IMG/VR virus record: IMGVR_UViG_3300030102_002720
Span: 1-64,000 of that record
Reading direction: 5' to 3' (one strand)
From: an uncultured virus (IMG/VR IMGVR_UViG_3300030102_002720)
Lineage: Duplodnaviria; Heunggongvirae; Uroviricota; Caudoviricetes
Length of the DNA stretch: 64,000 nt
The position numbers and the translations under genes are program-made. Shown here in pieces: positions 49,208-59,191 of this stretch. Numbering within the stretch: the first letter of the stretch is position 1; each line of letters opens with the position of its first letter. The notes below the pieces were generated by a model. The model worked only from the letters and a program-made list of their open reading frames with translations. It did no database searches and had not been told where the DNA came from.

Positions 49208-49439
49208 AAAGAAAATGGCTGGCGGTGGAAAAGTTATGGCTGGCAAAAAGAAAATGGCAAAAGGTGGAGCCGTTAAAAAACGTGGCGGTGGTATGATGAA
49301 AAAAAATCCTATGGCTATGATGGCTATGGGGGGCAAAGTTTCACCAAGAAAAGAAATGGCTATGGGCATGAAAAAAGGTGGCAAAGCTATGAAAGGTAAA
49401 AAGAAAACAGCTAAGAAAAAAGCTAAGAAAAGAGGCTAA
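49197..49439 (+). CDS. Lys/Met/Gly-rich protein built of MxxGG repeats
   Basis: KMAGGG, KMAKGG, MAMGG and MKKGG; AGGAGG RBS. Confidence 0.6.
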   Translation: MMGKKKMAGGGKVMAGKKKMAKGGAVKKRGGGMMKKNPMAMMAMGGKVSPRKEMAMGMKKGGKAMKGKKKTAKKKAKKRG

Positions 49440-50143
49440 TGCCTACTTACGCATCAACAGCTAACTTTGATCTTTCCATCGATGAGATAGTTGAAGAGGC
49501 TTTTGAACGATGTGGTTTACAGGATAGAACTGGTTATCAGTTAAAGACTGCACGTCGTTCATTAAACCTCTTGCTAGCTGAATGGTCTAACAGAGGACTT
49601 AATCTTTGGACGATACAAAAACAAACGGCTGCTCTTGCAGCTAATACAACTAGTTTATCTGGTACTGCTTTGTATGGCGCAGGTGCAAACGCTGCATCTG
49701 AAATTGTAGAGATAACTGATTTGGTTATTCGTGATTCAGACAATAATGAATATTCTTGTTCTCCAATAGGTAGATCAACTTATTTAAACTATACAGTTAA
49801 AACATCGAGCGGTAGACCAACTCAATACTATTTTGAGAAAACTATAAATCCTACTTTGTATTTATATCCGGCAGCTGATGTTGCGTATACAGTTGTTTAT
49901 TATGCAATGTTAAGAATGCAGGATTCAGGTGATTATACTAATAACGCTGAAATCCCTTTTTCTTTTTTACCATGTTTAACTGCAGGTTTGGCTTATTATA
50001 TTTCTTTAAAGTATGCACCAGACAGAACACAAATGTTAAAAGTTTTATATGAAGAAGAATTTAAAAGAGCAGCAGATACTAATAGAGAAAATGTCAGCTC
50101 TCATTTTGTTCCTAAAATTGGAATAGTAGGAGGAGGATATTAA
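49439..50143 (+). CDS. head-tail adaptor-like protein
   Basis: EEAFERCG...ARRSLNLL..EW.NRGLNLW; GRPTQY; FLPCL.AGLAYY. Confidence 0.6.
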   Translation: MPTYASTANFDLSIDEIVEEAFERCGLQDRTGYQLKTARRSLNLLLAEWSNRGLNLWTIQKQTAALAANTTSLSGTALYGAGANAASEIVEITDLVIRDSDNNEYSCSPIGRSTYLNYTVKTSSGRPTQYYFEKTINPTLYLYPAADVAYTVVYYAMLRMQDSGDYTNNAEIPFSFLPCLTAGLAYYISLKYAPDRTQMLKVLYEEEFKRAADTNRENVSSHFVPKIGIVGGGY

Positions 50144-50619
50144 TGGGAAGATATGCTTCAGGAAAATTTGCAAAACGAATTTCAGACAGAGATGGACGAG
50201 CTTATCCCTATAATGAAATGGTACAAGAGTGGACAGGTGCTTGGGTTCATCAATCAGAATATGAACCTAAATCTCCTTTATTAGATCCAACTAATCATCC
50301 TACAGATGCTCAATCTTTATCTTACGCAAAACCACAAGTAGTAAGTGTAACCATACCACTTGGTGGAATTTATATTAATGATGATCCAACATCTAAAGCT
50401 ATGGTAAATGGTGGTGCTAATGGAGTTTCTCCTGCAATTGGTGCGAATAGTTTTCAAACTGTTTTACAAACAATACAGCAATTTAATCCTATACCTGCAC
50501 CAGGAGCTATGGAAACTGTACAAGTTAGAACCATGCAGCCATTAAACGGTAGCTCTCAAGCTAATCAAGAAACTGTAATGAATACTCAATTAGGTCTAGC
50601 AACGGTGGTAATATCATGA
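50143..50619 (+). CDS. hypothetical virion protein
   Basis: YASGK.A..ISDR.G; translationally coupled. Confidence 0.55.
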   Translation: MGRYASGKFAKRISDRDGRAYPYNEMVQEWTGAWVHQSEYEPKSPLLDPTNHPTDAQSLSYAKPQVVSVTIPLGGIYINDDPTSKAMVNGGANGVSPAIGANSFQTVLQTIQQFNPIPAPGAMETVQVRTMQPLNGSSQANQETVMNTQLGLATVVIS

Positions 50620-51296
50620 CAACATATGCAGAATTAGTAGATCAAATAAGAAGCTATACAGAAACAGACAGTAATGTTTTAACTACAACAATAGTAAATG
50701 ATATTATAGAGCAAGCTGAATTAAGAATTTTTAGAGAGATAGATTTAGATTGTTTTAGAGCATATCAATTTACTACTCTTACACAAGGTAATGAATTTGT
50801 TACTTTGCCTGGAGCAACACCTAGCACAGCGGCTTTTGTTAGAACGGCAGCTATTTACCCAACTGCTGGAACTGATGCAAACGTAAGAACTTATTTATTA
50901 CAAAAAGATATTAGTTATATGACTGAGTATTGGCCTAATAGGACTTCGCAAGAAAAACCTAAATACTATGCTATGTGGGATCAAAATACAATATACCTTG
51001 CCCCAACACCTAATTCAGCATATAAGATAGAGTTAGCTTTGAATCGTAATGAAACCGGGCTTTCTACAACTAACACTACAACATGGGTTAGTCAGAATGC
51101 GCCACAAGTTTTATTATATGGCTGTCTTGTAGAAGCATTTAAGTTTCTCAAAGGTCCATATGATTTGCTTGCCCAATACGATAAAAGTTATCAACAAGCT
51201 TTAGAACGCTTGCAAATTGAACAACAAGGTAGACGAAGAAGGGATGAATTTCAAGATGGTGTTATTCGTGTTCCTTTGCAGTCGCAACAACCATAG
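50616..51296 (+). CDS. tail adaptor/tubular-like protein
   Basis: TYAEL...I..Y.E, AE.RI.R, PKYYA, APTP and LLYG.L.EA..F.K. Confidence 0.6.
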   Translation: MTTYAELVDQIRSYTETDSNVLTTTIVNDIIEQAELRIFREIDLDCFRAYQFTTLTQGNEFVTLPGATPSTAAFVRTAAIYPTAGTDANVRTYLLQKDISYMTEYWPNRTSQEKPKYYAMWDQNTIYLAPTPNSAYKIELALNRNETGLSTTNTTTWVSQNAPQVLLYGCLVEAFKFLKGPYDLLAQYDKSYQQALERLQIEQQGRRRRDEFQDGVIRVPLQSQQP

Positions 51297-51306
51297 GAGA
51301 TAAAAG

Positions 51307-51765
51307 ATGGCAATAGCACAGGCAGTATGTAATTCTTTCAAAAAAGAACTTTTGGAAGGGAAACATGATTTTGCTAATGGTGGTCATACTTTCAAAATTG
51401 CATTGTTTACTTCAAGTGCAAGTTTAGGAGCGACAACCACAGCATACTCAACAAGTAACGAAATAACAAATACATCAGGTTCTGCTTATTCAGCAGGTGG
51501 AGAAACTTTACAGAATCAATCTGTAACAGGAGGCTCATCAGCATCCACAGCTTATGTTGATTTTGGAACAGATCCTCAATGGACTTCTGCTAGCTTTACA
51601 GCTAGAGGAGCTATGATCTATAACACTACAACAGATGGTGGAAGTGGCACAACCAATGCAGTATGTATTTTAAACTTTGGTTCTGATTTTACAGCAACCA
51701 ATGGCACGTTTACTATTCAGTTTCCAGCACCCGGTACAAGTACAGCTATATTAAGATTATCGTAG
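51307..51765 (+). CDS. structural protein
   Basis: A.CNSFK.ELL...H.F, FKIALFT, TARGA.IYN and GTFTIQFP. Confidence 0.6.
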   Translation: MAIAQAVCNSFKKELLEGKHDFANGGHTFKIALFTSSASLGATTTAYSTSNEITNTSGSAYSAGGETLQNQSVTGGSSASTAYVDFGTDPQWTSASFTARGAMIYNTTTDGGSGTTNAVCILNFGSDFTATNGTFTIQFPAPGTSTAILRLS

Positions 51766-51774
51766 GAGTTTAAC

Positions 51775-52233
51775 ATGGCATTGATTATCAATGATCGTGT
51801 TAAGGAAACCACGACATCAACAGGAACGGGAACTATAAATCTTGCAGGCGCAAGCACTGGTTTTCAAACTTTTGTTGGTGCCATTGGGACTACTAATACT
51901 ACATATTACTGTATTACAATGCAGTCAGGTAGCACGGAATTTGAAGTAGGAATAGGCACTGTTACTGATGCATCTCCTGATACATTATCGAGGGACACAG
52001 TTTTAGAGAGCTCAAATAGTGATAATAAAGTAGATTTTTCTGCAGGCACTAAAGATGTTTTTTGTACGTATCCAGCAAAGAGGGCGCCATCTCCCAGCAT
52101 GGATCCTACATCTTATGTAACTACACACAATGCTACTATTAGTGATACTCAAACTATGGACTCTGGTGTTTTAGCTGGTCCTGTTACAGTTACAGGATCA
52201 TTAACAATTACAGGTAACTTGTTTATATTATGA
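51775..52233 (+). CDS. tail fibre base/attachment protein
   Basis: DRVKET..TGTG...EVGIGT...LSRDTVL.SSN...F.AGTKDVF.TYPA. Confidence 0.6.
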   Translation: MALIINDRVKETTTSTGTGTINLAGASTGFQTFVGAIGTTNTTYYCITMQSGSTEFEVGIGTVTDASPDTLSRDTVLESSNSDNKVDFSAGTKDVFCTYPAKRAPSPSMDPTSYVTTHNATISDTQTMDSGVLAGPVTVTGSLTITGNLFIL

Positions 52234-53102
52234 GTCAGATTGAAGTAGATAAGGTCATACCACAGTCAGGTACAGCTCTTCAAGTTGGAGAAAATGGGGA
52301 CACGATCACATTGCCTGCAGGAACCACGTTAAATGTAGCAAACGCTACTTTAACTTTACCTACAACACTACCTGCAACATCAGGTGCAAACATTACAAAT
52401 CTTAATGGTTCACAAGTAACTACAGGCACTGTTGCTAATGCAAGATTAACTGGTTCAGGAGCAATTACGATAAATGGTTCAGCAGTTGCTTTAGGAGGAT
52501 CTATTACTTTAGTTACAGAAGTAAGACCTACTTTTTCTTCAGTAACTCCAAGTGTAATAACTAATGCACAAACGACAGTTACAATAGCTGGCACAAATTT
52601 TGTATCTGTTCCTTTAGTAACAGCAATTCATTCTTCGACAGGAGCACAAATAGTTGCGGATGAAGTATCTTTTACTTCAGCAACTAGCATTACAGCTAAA
52701 TTTACAATTAGTGTTGATGGTACTTATAAATTATATATTGAAAATCCAGATGGTAATGCAGTTCAAACAGGAGCTGTATTAACAGTTTCTGATGTTCCTT
52801 CATGGGTAACTTCAGCAGGATCTTTAGGATCTTTTAGTGCAGGAGCTAATGTAGGAACTATTACAGTTACAGCCACTGATGCTACTTCTTTTGCAATTAC
52901 ATCAGGTGCTTTACCTGGCGGATTGTCTTTAAATTCTGGTTCAGGTTCTGCTACAATAACAGGAACAGAATCAGGTGCAACTTCAACTACTACTTATAAC
53001 TTTACTATTACAGCTACTGATGCTCAAGGTCAGACAGCAGCAAGAGCTTTTAGTATGGAAATATCTGTGGGATTTGCTAATAGTTTAAGGTTTTCAGGAT
53101 AA
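52230..53102 (+). CDS. Ig-like (IPT + He_PIG-type) tail stalk protein, cassette A
   Basis: PT.SSVTP...TIAGTNF, ENPDG, SGALPGGLSL and YNFTITATD. Confidence 0.7.
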   Translation: MSQIEVDKVIPQSGTALQVGENGDTITLPAGTTLNVANATLTLPTTLPATSGANITNLNGSQVTTGTVANARLTGSGAITINGSAVALGGSITLVTEVRPTFSSVTPSVITNAQTTVTIAGTNFVSVPLVTAIHSSTGAQIVADEVSFTSATSITAKFTISVDGTYKLYIENPDGNAVQTGAVLTVSDVPSWVTSAGSLGSFSAGANVGTITVTATDATSFAITSGALPGGLSLNSGSGSATITGTESGATSTTTYNFTITATDAQGQTAARAFSMEISVGFANSLRFSG

Positions 53103-53111
53103 GGATTAATT

Positions 53112-54488
53112 ATGTCAACATATTTAGATAAAACATTTTCAGGTAACGGTAACGGTAAAAAATGGACGTTTAGTGCATGGTTAAAATCTGTTGATATTTA
53201 TGATGAAGATCATATTTTTTCTGCGTACATTAACGCTGGTGATAGTGATTTTATTCGTTTCGATAGTAATAGAAGAATGTCAATAAAAATTGGTGGTAAT
53301 ATTGTATTAACTACGTCAAGAAAATATCAAGATAAAAACTCTTGGTATCACATAGTTGTAGCATTTGATTCAACGCAAGCAACTGGAACTAACAGATTAA
53401 AAATATACACAAATGGAGTAGAAGAAACTGCATTTGCTGCTGATACTAGATCAAGTCAAATAGCACAAAACACAAGTTATTATTTTGGTTGGGGTGTAAA
53501 GCACACTGTGGGAACACGTGCTCACTCTGTAACTGATAGTCCTTTTAGAGGTAACATGACTCATGTAAATTTTACTGACGGTTATGTTTATACACCAACA
53601 AACTTTGGGCAAACAAATACACAAACGGGAGAATGGTCTACAAAAGGAACTACAGGTGTTACTTATGGCACTAATGGCTTTTATTTTAAATTTGAAAATT
53701 CTGGTAATTTAGGCTTAGACTCTAGTGGAGCTGGTAATAATTTTACTACTAACAATTTAGGCGATATACCTCAAAGCACAGATGTGCCTTCTAATAATTT
53801 TCCAATTTTAATTACAGCTCAAGATCCTCAAAGTGCTAGAGTTGTATTAGGTAATGCTGCTTTAGATGCTCAATTCAACGGCAATGGTAGTACAAGTGCA
53901 AGATTAATGGGTAACATGCCAATATGTTCAATCCCTGTATCAAAGGGAAAGTGGTACTGTGAAGCAAGACTAACAAGAAGCGCAAATGAAGCTTTTGTTG
54001 GTATAACAAATGTATCTTACAATAGAGATACGTCTGAACAAGATACATATTGTGCTGTTTATACACACTCTGGTCAAATTTATTACGATGATGGTAGTAG
54101 TGAATCTCAAATTACATATGGAAGTGGTTTTAGTTCAAATGATTATATTGGCATTGCTTTAGATGCTGACAATAAAAGAGTTTATTGGAGCAAAAATGGT
54201 CAATGGGCAGATGGCTCTGGAAACTTTGATGAATCAAGTCCAAATGCTTATCAACAATACACTGATAATTTTATTAATTACGAATCAGCAGATAGAGAAA
54301 GTGTGGTTTTTGCTTTTTTTGGAGCAGGTAGTAGCACTACTCCACGATTTTCAGTCAACTTTGGATGTCCAATGGATGGAAGTCCTTCAGGTTCAAATGA
54401 TGATGCAAACGGTCATGGAAATTTTCAATATGCAGTGCCATCAGGGTACTATGCATTATGTACTAAAAATTTAAATACATACGGATAA
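53112..54488 (+). CDS. LamG/ConA-like + SPRY protein, cassette A
   Basis: WTFSAW, WYHIVV, YGTNGF, GKWYCE and YYALCTKNL. Confidence 0.75.
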   Translation: MSTYLDKTFSGNGNGKKWTFSAWLKSVDIYDEDHIFSAYINAGDSDFIRFDSNRRMSIKIGGNIVLTTSRKYQDKNSWYHIVVAFDSTQATGTNRLKIYTNGVEETAFAADTRSSQIAQNTSYYFGWGVKHTVGTRAHSVTDSPFRGNMTHVNFTDGYVYTPTNFGQTNTQTGEWSTKGTTGVTYGTNGFYFKFENSGNLGLDSSGAGNNFTTNNLGDIPQSTDVPSNNFPILITAQDPQSARVVLGNAALDAQFNGNGSTSARLMGNMPICSIPVSKGKWYCEARLTRSANEAFVGITNVSYNRDTSEQDTYCAVYTHSGQIYYDDGSSESQITYGSGFSSNDYIGIALDADNKRVYWSKNGQWADGSGNFDESSPNAYQQYTDNFINYESADRESVVFAFFGAGSSTTPRFSVNFGCPMDGSPSGSNDDANGHGNFQYAVPSGYYALCTKNLNTYG

Positions 54489-54489
54489 T

Positions 54490-55554
54490 ATGGCATACAC
54501 AACAATAAACGATCCATCTGCATATTTTCAAACATTACTTTATGCGGGTAATGCATCTCAAACTGCTTTGACAAATACAGGTAACTCTAATTTACAACCA
54601 GATTTTATTTGGATACAAAACAGAACTTCGAGCAGTCATTACAATGCTTTGCAAGATGTCAATAGAGGTATAGACAAAATTTTAAGTACTCAAGTTGCAA
54701 GTGCAGAAGTTGACACTTCTGAACAAGTAAAGTCTGTTCAATCTGATGGGTTTACTGTTGGTGATAACAGTGACAGTCAAAATTATGTAAACTTAAATTC
54801 AAACAATTATTGTGCATGGCAATGGAAAATGAATGGTAGTGCATCAACAAACAATGATGGAAGTATTGCTTCATCTGTAAATGCAAGTACAACTGCTGGT
54901 CAAAGTATAATAACTTGGACTGGTACAGGAAGTAATGGAACAATAGGACACGGTTTGGGTGTTGCTCCTATGATGTTTTGGATTAAACGTAGAGATACTG
55001 GTTCTACAAACTGGCGTGTTTACAATAGAATGTTAGGAGGTGCTACAAAATTTCTTGAAATGAATGGTAGTGGCGGTGAACAAACAAGTTCTACAATTTT
55101 CAATAGTGCACATCCCACATCTTCTGTTATTAATCTTGGTACCAGCGGGGACACAAACGGAAATGGTGGCACATATGTTTGTCATGCTTTTGCACCTGTA
55201 AAAGGATATAGTAAAATGGGTATGTACATGGGTAATGATTCTAGTGATGGAAGTAGAGTTTTTACTGGATTTAAACCTGCGTTTCTTCTAATTAAATGTT
55301 CATCTCATACTGAACCATGGTTTATAGTTGACTCAGTTAGATCACCTAGAAACCAAACAGAAGCAGCTTTACGACCTGATGCAACTGCAGCTGAAAATGG
55401 CTCTTCAGGATATTCAATAAATTTATTAAGTGATGGTTTTAAATGTGTTGATGGAGCAGGAAATGCAAATGGCGCTGGAAAAGCTTATATTTATTTAGCT
55501 TTTGCCGAGCACCCTTATGTTGCAGGAAATGACATCATTGCATTAGCGAGGTAG
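54490..55554 (+). CDS. 'MAYTTINDPS' family tail protein, cassette A
   Basis: Paralog of 1001..2089. Confidence 0.7.
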   Translation: MAYTTINDPSAYFQTLLYAGNASQTALTNTGNSNLQPDFIWIQNRTSSSHYNALQDVNRGIDKILSTQVASAEVDTSEQVKSVQSDGFTVGDNSDSQNYVNLNSNNYCAWQWKMNGSASTNNDGSIASSVNASTTAGQSIITWTGTGSNGTIGHGLGVAPMMFWIKRRDTGSTNWRVYNRMLGGATKFLEMNGSGGEQTSSTIFNSAHPTSSVINLGTSGDTNGNGGTYVCHAFAPVKGYSKMGMYMGNDSSDGSRVFTGFKPAFLLIKCSSHTEPWFIVDSVRSPRNQTEAALRPDATAAENGSSGYSINLLSDGFKCVDGAGNANGAGKAYIYLAFAEHPYVAGNDIIALAR

Positions 55555-55555
55555 A

Positions 55556-56362
55556 ATGACATCAGAGATTAAAGTAAACACGATCAAGAAAAATGATGGA
55601 TCGACAATCACGATTGGTGAAAGTGGTGATACAGTAACTATCACACCAGGTATTACAGCAGCCTCATTAACATCAGGCACTGTGCCAACAGCTCGTTTAT
55701 CTGCCGTTCCTAATTCGTCATTAGCAAACTCTGCAATTACAATAAATGGTTCGGCTGTTTCACTTGGTGGATCGGTAACAGTTGGAGAAACAAAACCAAC
55801 AATATCATCTATCAGCCCGACAGTAATTACAAACGATGCAACTAACGTAACTATTAATGGATCAAATTTTGTTTCTGTTCCTATTGTTGAAGCAATAAAT
55901 TCAACAGGTGTTATAACATCAGCAAACTCAATAACTTTTACAAGTGCATCTCAATTAGTTGCAAATTTTACATTAGGTACTGATGGTACGTATTTTATAA
56001 GAATAGAGAACAATGATGGTAATGCTGTTCGTAGTGGCAGTGCTATACTAACTGTGTCTGATGTTCCTGCTTGGACCACGGCTGCAGGAAGTTTAGGAAC
56101 TGTAGATGCCGCAGGCAGTATAAGTTTTACAGTTGCAGCAACTGACGCCACTTCTTACGCTGTTACTTCTGGTTCTATGCCAGGAGGAGCTAGTTTAAAT
56201 GCAAGCACAGGTGCTATTACTGGAACAGAATCTGGTTCTACTGCAACAACTACATATAACTTCACTATCACTGCAACTGATGCACAAGGACAAACTGCTG
56301 CGAGAGCCTTTTCAATTACGGTAAATCACGGTATAAGTAACTCAGTAAGGATGGATCCATAA
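55556..56362 (+). CDS. Ig-like tail stalk protein, cassette B
   Basis: Paralog of 52230 (ITINGSAVSLGGS, SNFVSVP, YNFTITATDAQGQTAARAFS). Confidence 0.7.
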   Translation: MTSEIKVNTIKKNDGSTITIGESGDTVTITPGITAASLTSGTVPTARLSAVPNSSLANSAITINGSAVSLGGSVTVGETKPTISSISPTVITNDATNVTINGSNFVSVPIVEAINSTGVITSANSITFTSASQLVANFTLGTDGTYFIRIENNDGNAVRSGSAILTVSDVPAWTTAAGSLGTVDAAGSISFTVAATDATSYAVTSGSMPGGASLNASTGAITGTESGSTATTTYNFTITATDAQGQTAARAFSITVNHGISNSVRMDP

Positions 56363-57699
56363 TGGGATATATGCACAGATCAGTTTCAGGTACAGTTACC
56401 ACTTTCACAATATCTATGTGGACAAAGTTATGTGGTCTTAATTATATCGATTCTTTATGGGGATCTGGTAGTGGTTATGGTTTATTTATTAACTCCACTC
56501 GTCCTATAAAAATGCAGGGTGGAAGTCCTGTTACAAGTACAAGATTGTTTAGAGATACAAATGGTTGGTATCACGTTGTATATAAATGCAGTGGTGGTAG
56601 TGCTACAACATATATAAACGGAGAGTCAGTCATAACACACTCAGGTGTTTCTATAAGCTCAGACATTGCAATAGGCGCTTTGAATAGTTCTGGTGGTGAT
56701 TCAACTAAGTCTTCAATATATTTTGCAGATGTAATTTTTGTTGATGGCACTGCTCATAACCCAACTTCTTTTGCAGAAACTGATTCATCTACTGGCGAAT
56801 GGAAACCTAAATCATATTCAGGATCATACGGAACAAATGGTTTTAAACTTGAATTTAAAAATTCAGGTGCATTAGGCACAGATACTAGCGGTAATGGAAA
56901 TAATTTAACAGTTTCTGGTAGCAATACTCAAATGGTTTCTTCTCCAACAAATACATTTGCAACTATAGATAGATTAAATGGTAATCCTACTTTAAATGAT
57001 AGTAGTGCTGGTGGCGTTGTTGATGGTTTAAGATATGGTAACTTAGAAGTAAATGCTAACGCAGGAGCAGTTGGTAATGATAACTATATGTGGAGTCCTT
57101 CAAATATGATGGTTACAAAAGGTAAATGGTATGCTGAATTTAGACTTACAGGTGCTTTTTCAACCACAGGTGATGCAGCTCATTTAGTTGGAGTTGGCAG
57201 TGGTGACTACCCATATAAAGCAGATAATAGAAGCACTGCTATTGGAGGATTTACAACATATTGGATAGATCATCCTGATGATCGTATCTTAGTTGATGGT
57301 AATGTTTCAAACACAGCTGTAACAGGAGGTAGTAAGTTTGTGCAAAATGATATTCTAGGTGTTTACTTAAATTGTGATACAACAATTCCACAAGTTACAT
57401 TTACAAAAAATGGAGCAGCTTTATCTGGTGCATCTAACTCACCTTACAATGTAAGACGGACTGGTGCTTATGGTGATAGAGATAATGCTCCCATAGCTTT
57501 TTTCACAGTTATCAAATATGGAACTACTTCTGGAACTGGCTGGGGAAAAATACAAGCTAATTTTGGTGAACCATTATACACTGTTAGCTCATCAAATGCA
57601 GACGCAAATGGCCATGGAAGTTTTGAATATAGCCCACAATTAGGTGGAGTTAATTATTATGCACTTTGCACAAAAAATTTAAACGAGTTTGGAGGATAG
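56362..57699 (+). CDS. LamG/ConA-like + SPRY protein, cassette B
   Basis: WYHVV, YGTNGF, GKWYAEF and YYALCTKNL. Confidence 0.75.
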   Translation: MGYMHRSVSGTVTTFTISMWTKLCGLNYIDSLWGSGSGYGLFINSTRPIKMQGGSPVTSTRLFRDTNGWYHVVYKCSGGSATTYINGESVITHSGVSISSDIAIGALNSSGGDSTKSSIYFADVIFVDGTAHNPTSFAETDSSTGEWKPKSYSGSYGTNGFKLEFKNSGALGTDTSGNGNNLTVSGSNTQMVSSPTNTFATIDRLNGNPTLNDSSAGGVVDGLRYGNLEVNANAGAVGNDNYMWSPSNMMVTKGKWYAEFRLTGAFSTTGDAAHLVGVGSGDYPYKADNRSTAIGGFTTYWIDHPDDRILVDGNVSNTAVTGGSKFVQNDILGVYLNCDTTIPQVTFTKNGAALSGASNSPYNVRRTGAYGDRDNAPIAFFTVIKYGTTSGTGWGKIQANFGEPLYTVSSSNADANGHGSFEYSPQLGGVNYYALCTKNLNEFGG

Positions 57700-57700
57700 T

Positions 57701-59191
57701 ATGGCTTTTAGTACCACAAATGACCCATCGGCATATTTTCAACAATTAACTTACACTGGTAATGGAAGTGCTTCTTCTCGATCTTTAGTAAATACTGGTA
57801 ATTCAAATTTGCGACCAGATTGGTTATGGATAAAAGTTAGGTCTACCACTGATAACCACATGGCTTTAGATTCAGTAAGAGGCAATGATAAACAATTAAA
57901 AATTAATGAAAATCACGCTGAGGATACAACTTCTCATTTAGCAAGTTTTAATACAGATGGTTTTAATTTAACAAGCACTGATCAAGCATATAATGCAAAC
58001 TCTGCTTCTTATGTAGCATGGCAATGGGCTGCGGGCGGTGCATCACCTACTAAAACGTATAAAGTAGTTGTTGTTTCTGATAGCGGTAATAAATATAGAT
58101 TTAGAAATTCTAGTGACACAACAACATTTGCACAAAGTGCAGTAACTTTAGATTTACAAGAAGGGGGTACTTATACCTTTGATGTATCTGATAACACTGT
58201 TGATAGTCATCCTTTTGTAATTGGAACTTCCGCAAACAGTAATGAATATAGCACTGGAGTAGTTTATAAATTAGATGGTGTTACAAAAACTTATTCTCAA
58301 TATACTTCAGGGTTTTCTGCGGCAACTACAAGGCAATTAATTATTACTGTAGCTGCTTCAGCACCTACTTTGTATTATTGGTGTAGTGTACACTCAGGTA
58401 TGGGTGGACAAATAAATACAAATTCTACTTTTGGCTCTACTAATTTTGATGGTAGTAGGTTAACAAACGTAAGTGTAAACACAGCTTCTGGATTTTCAAT
58501 CTTTACATATACTTCTGGTAATGGTGATTATTCTTATGGTCATGGATTAGGTCAAAAACCAAGAGCATTTATCGTTAAAGATAGAGCTTCAACTGGTAAC
58601 TGGAGAGTATTTATTCAAGGATCACAACGAGGTAGTTCTTATGGAAATCTTCAAGCAGGTGGTAAATTAAATCACGATGGCGTATTTGATCAAGGTGCAA
58701 ACTCTTTATGGAATGGAGGATCATTTACAGATACAACTGATTCAGTTCTTTATATGGGAACAAGCACCGACACAGGCGGTGGAACTAATGCTAAAGTTTG
58801 TTATGCTTTTGCAGAAAAACAAGGATTTAGTAAGTTTGGAAACTATCAAGGCACAGGTGCTGCGGATGGTAATTTTATTTACTGTGGTTTTAAACCTCAA
58901 TGGGTAATGGTAAAAAAGACATATGGCGGAAGTCACTCTTGGCAAATACAATTTTCATCAGGAAATCCTACATCTGATGGCACAACAGGTGGCAACCCTG
59001 TAGCTAAAACATTATTAGCTAACACAAATGGTGCGGAAGCATCAGAAAATGCAATGGATTTTTGTGCAACTGGTTTCAAAATTAGAACAACTGGTAATGG
59101 TCATAATACAAATGGTGATTATTATTCTTACATGGCTTTTGCAAAGCAGCCACTTGTAGCAACTAACGATGTAATAGCAACGGCGAGATAA
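57701..59191 (+). CDS. 'MAYTTINDPS' family tail protein, cassette B, with an inserted H...CxxHxxM domain
   Basis: GGAGG RBS; paralog carrying a ~125-aa insertion with SHPF and YYWCSVHSGMGG. Confidence 0.7.
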   Translation: MAFSTTNDPSAYFQQLTYTGNGSASSRSLVNTGNSNLRPDWLWIKVRSTTDNHMALDSVRGNDKQLKINENHAEDTTSHLASFNTDGFNLTSTDQAYNANSASYVAWQWAAGGASPTKTYKVVVVSDSGNKYRFRNSSDTTTFAQSAVTLDLQEGGTYTFDVSDNTVDSHPFVIGTSANSNEYSTGVVYKLDGVTKTYSQYTSGFSAATTRQLIITVAASAPTLYYWCSVHSGMGGQINTNSTFGSTNFDGSRLTNVSVNTASGFSIFTYTSGNGDYSYGHGLGQKPRAFIVKDRASTGNWRVFIQGSQRGSSYGNLQAGGKLNHDGVFDQGANSLWNGGSFTDTTDSVLYMGTSTDTGGGTNAKVCYAFAEKQGFSKFGNYQGTGAADGNFIYCGFKPQWVMVKKTYGGSHSWQIQFSSGNPTSDGTTGGNPVAKTLLANTNGAEASENAMDFCATGFKIRTTGNGHNTNGDYYSYMAFAKQPLVATNDVIATAR

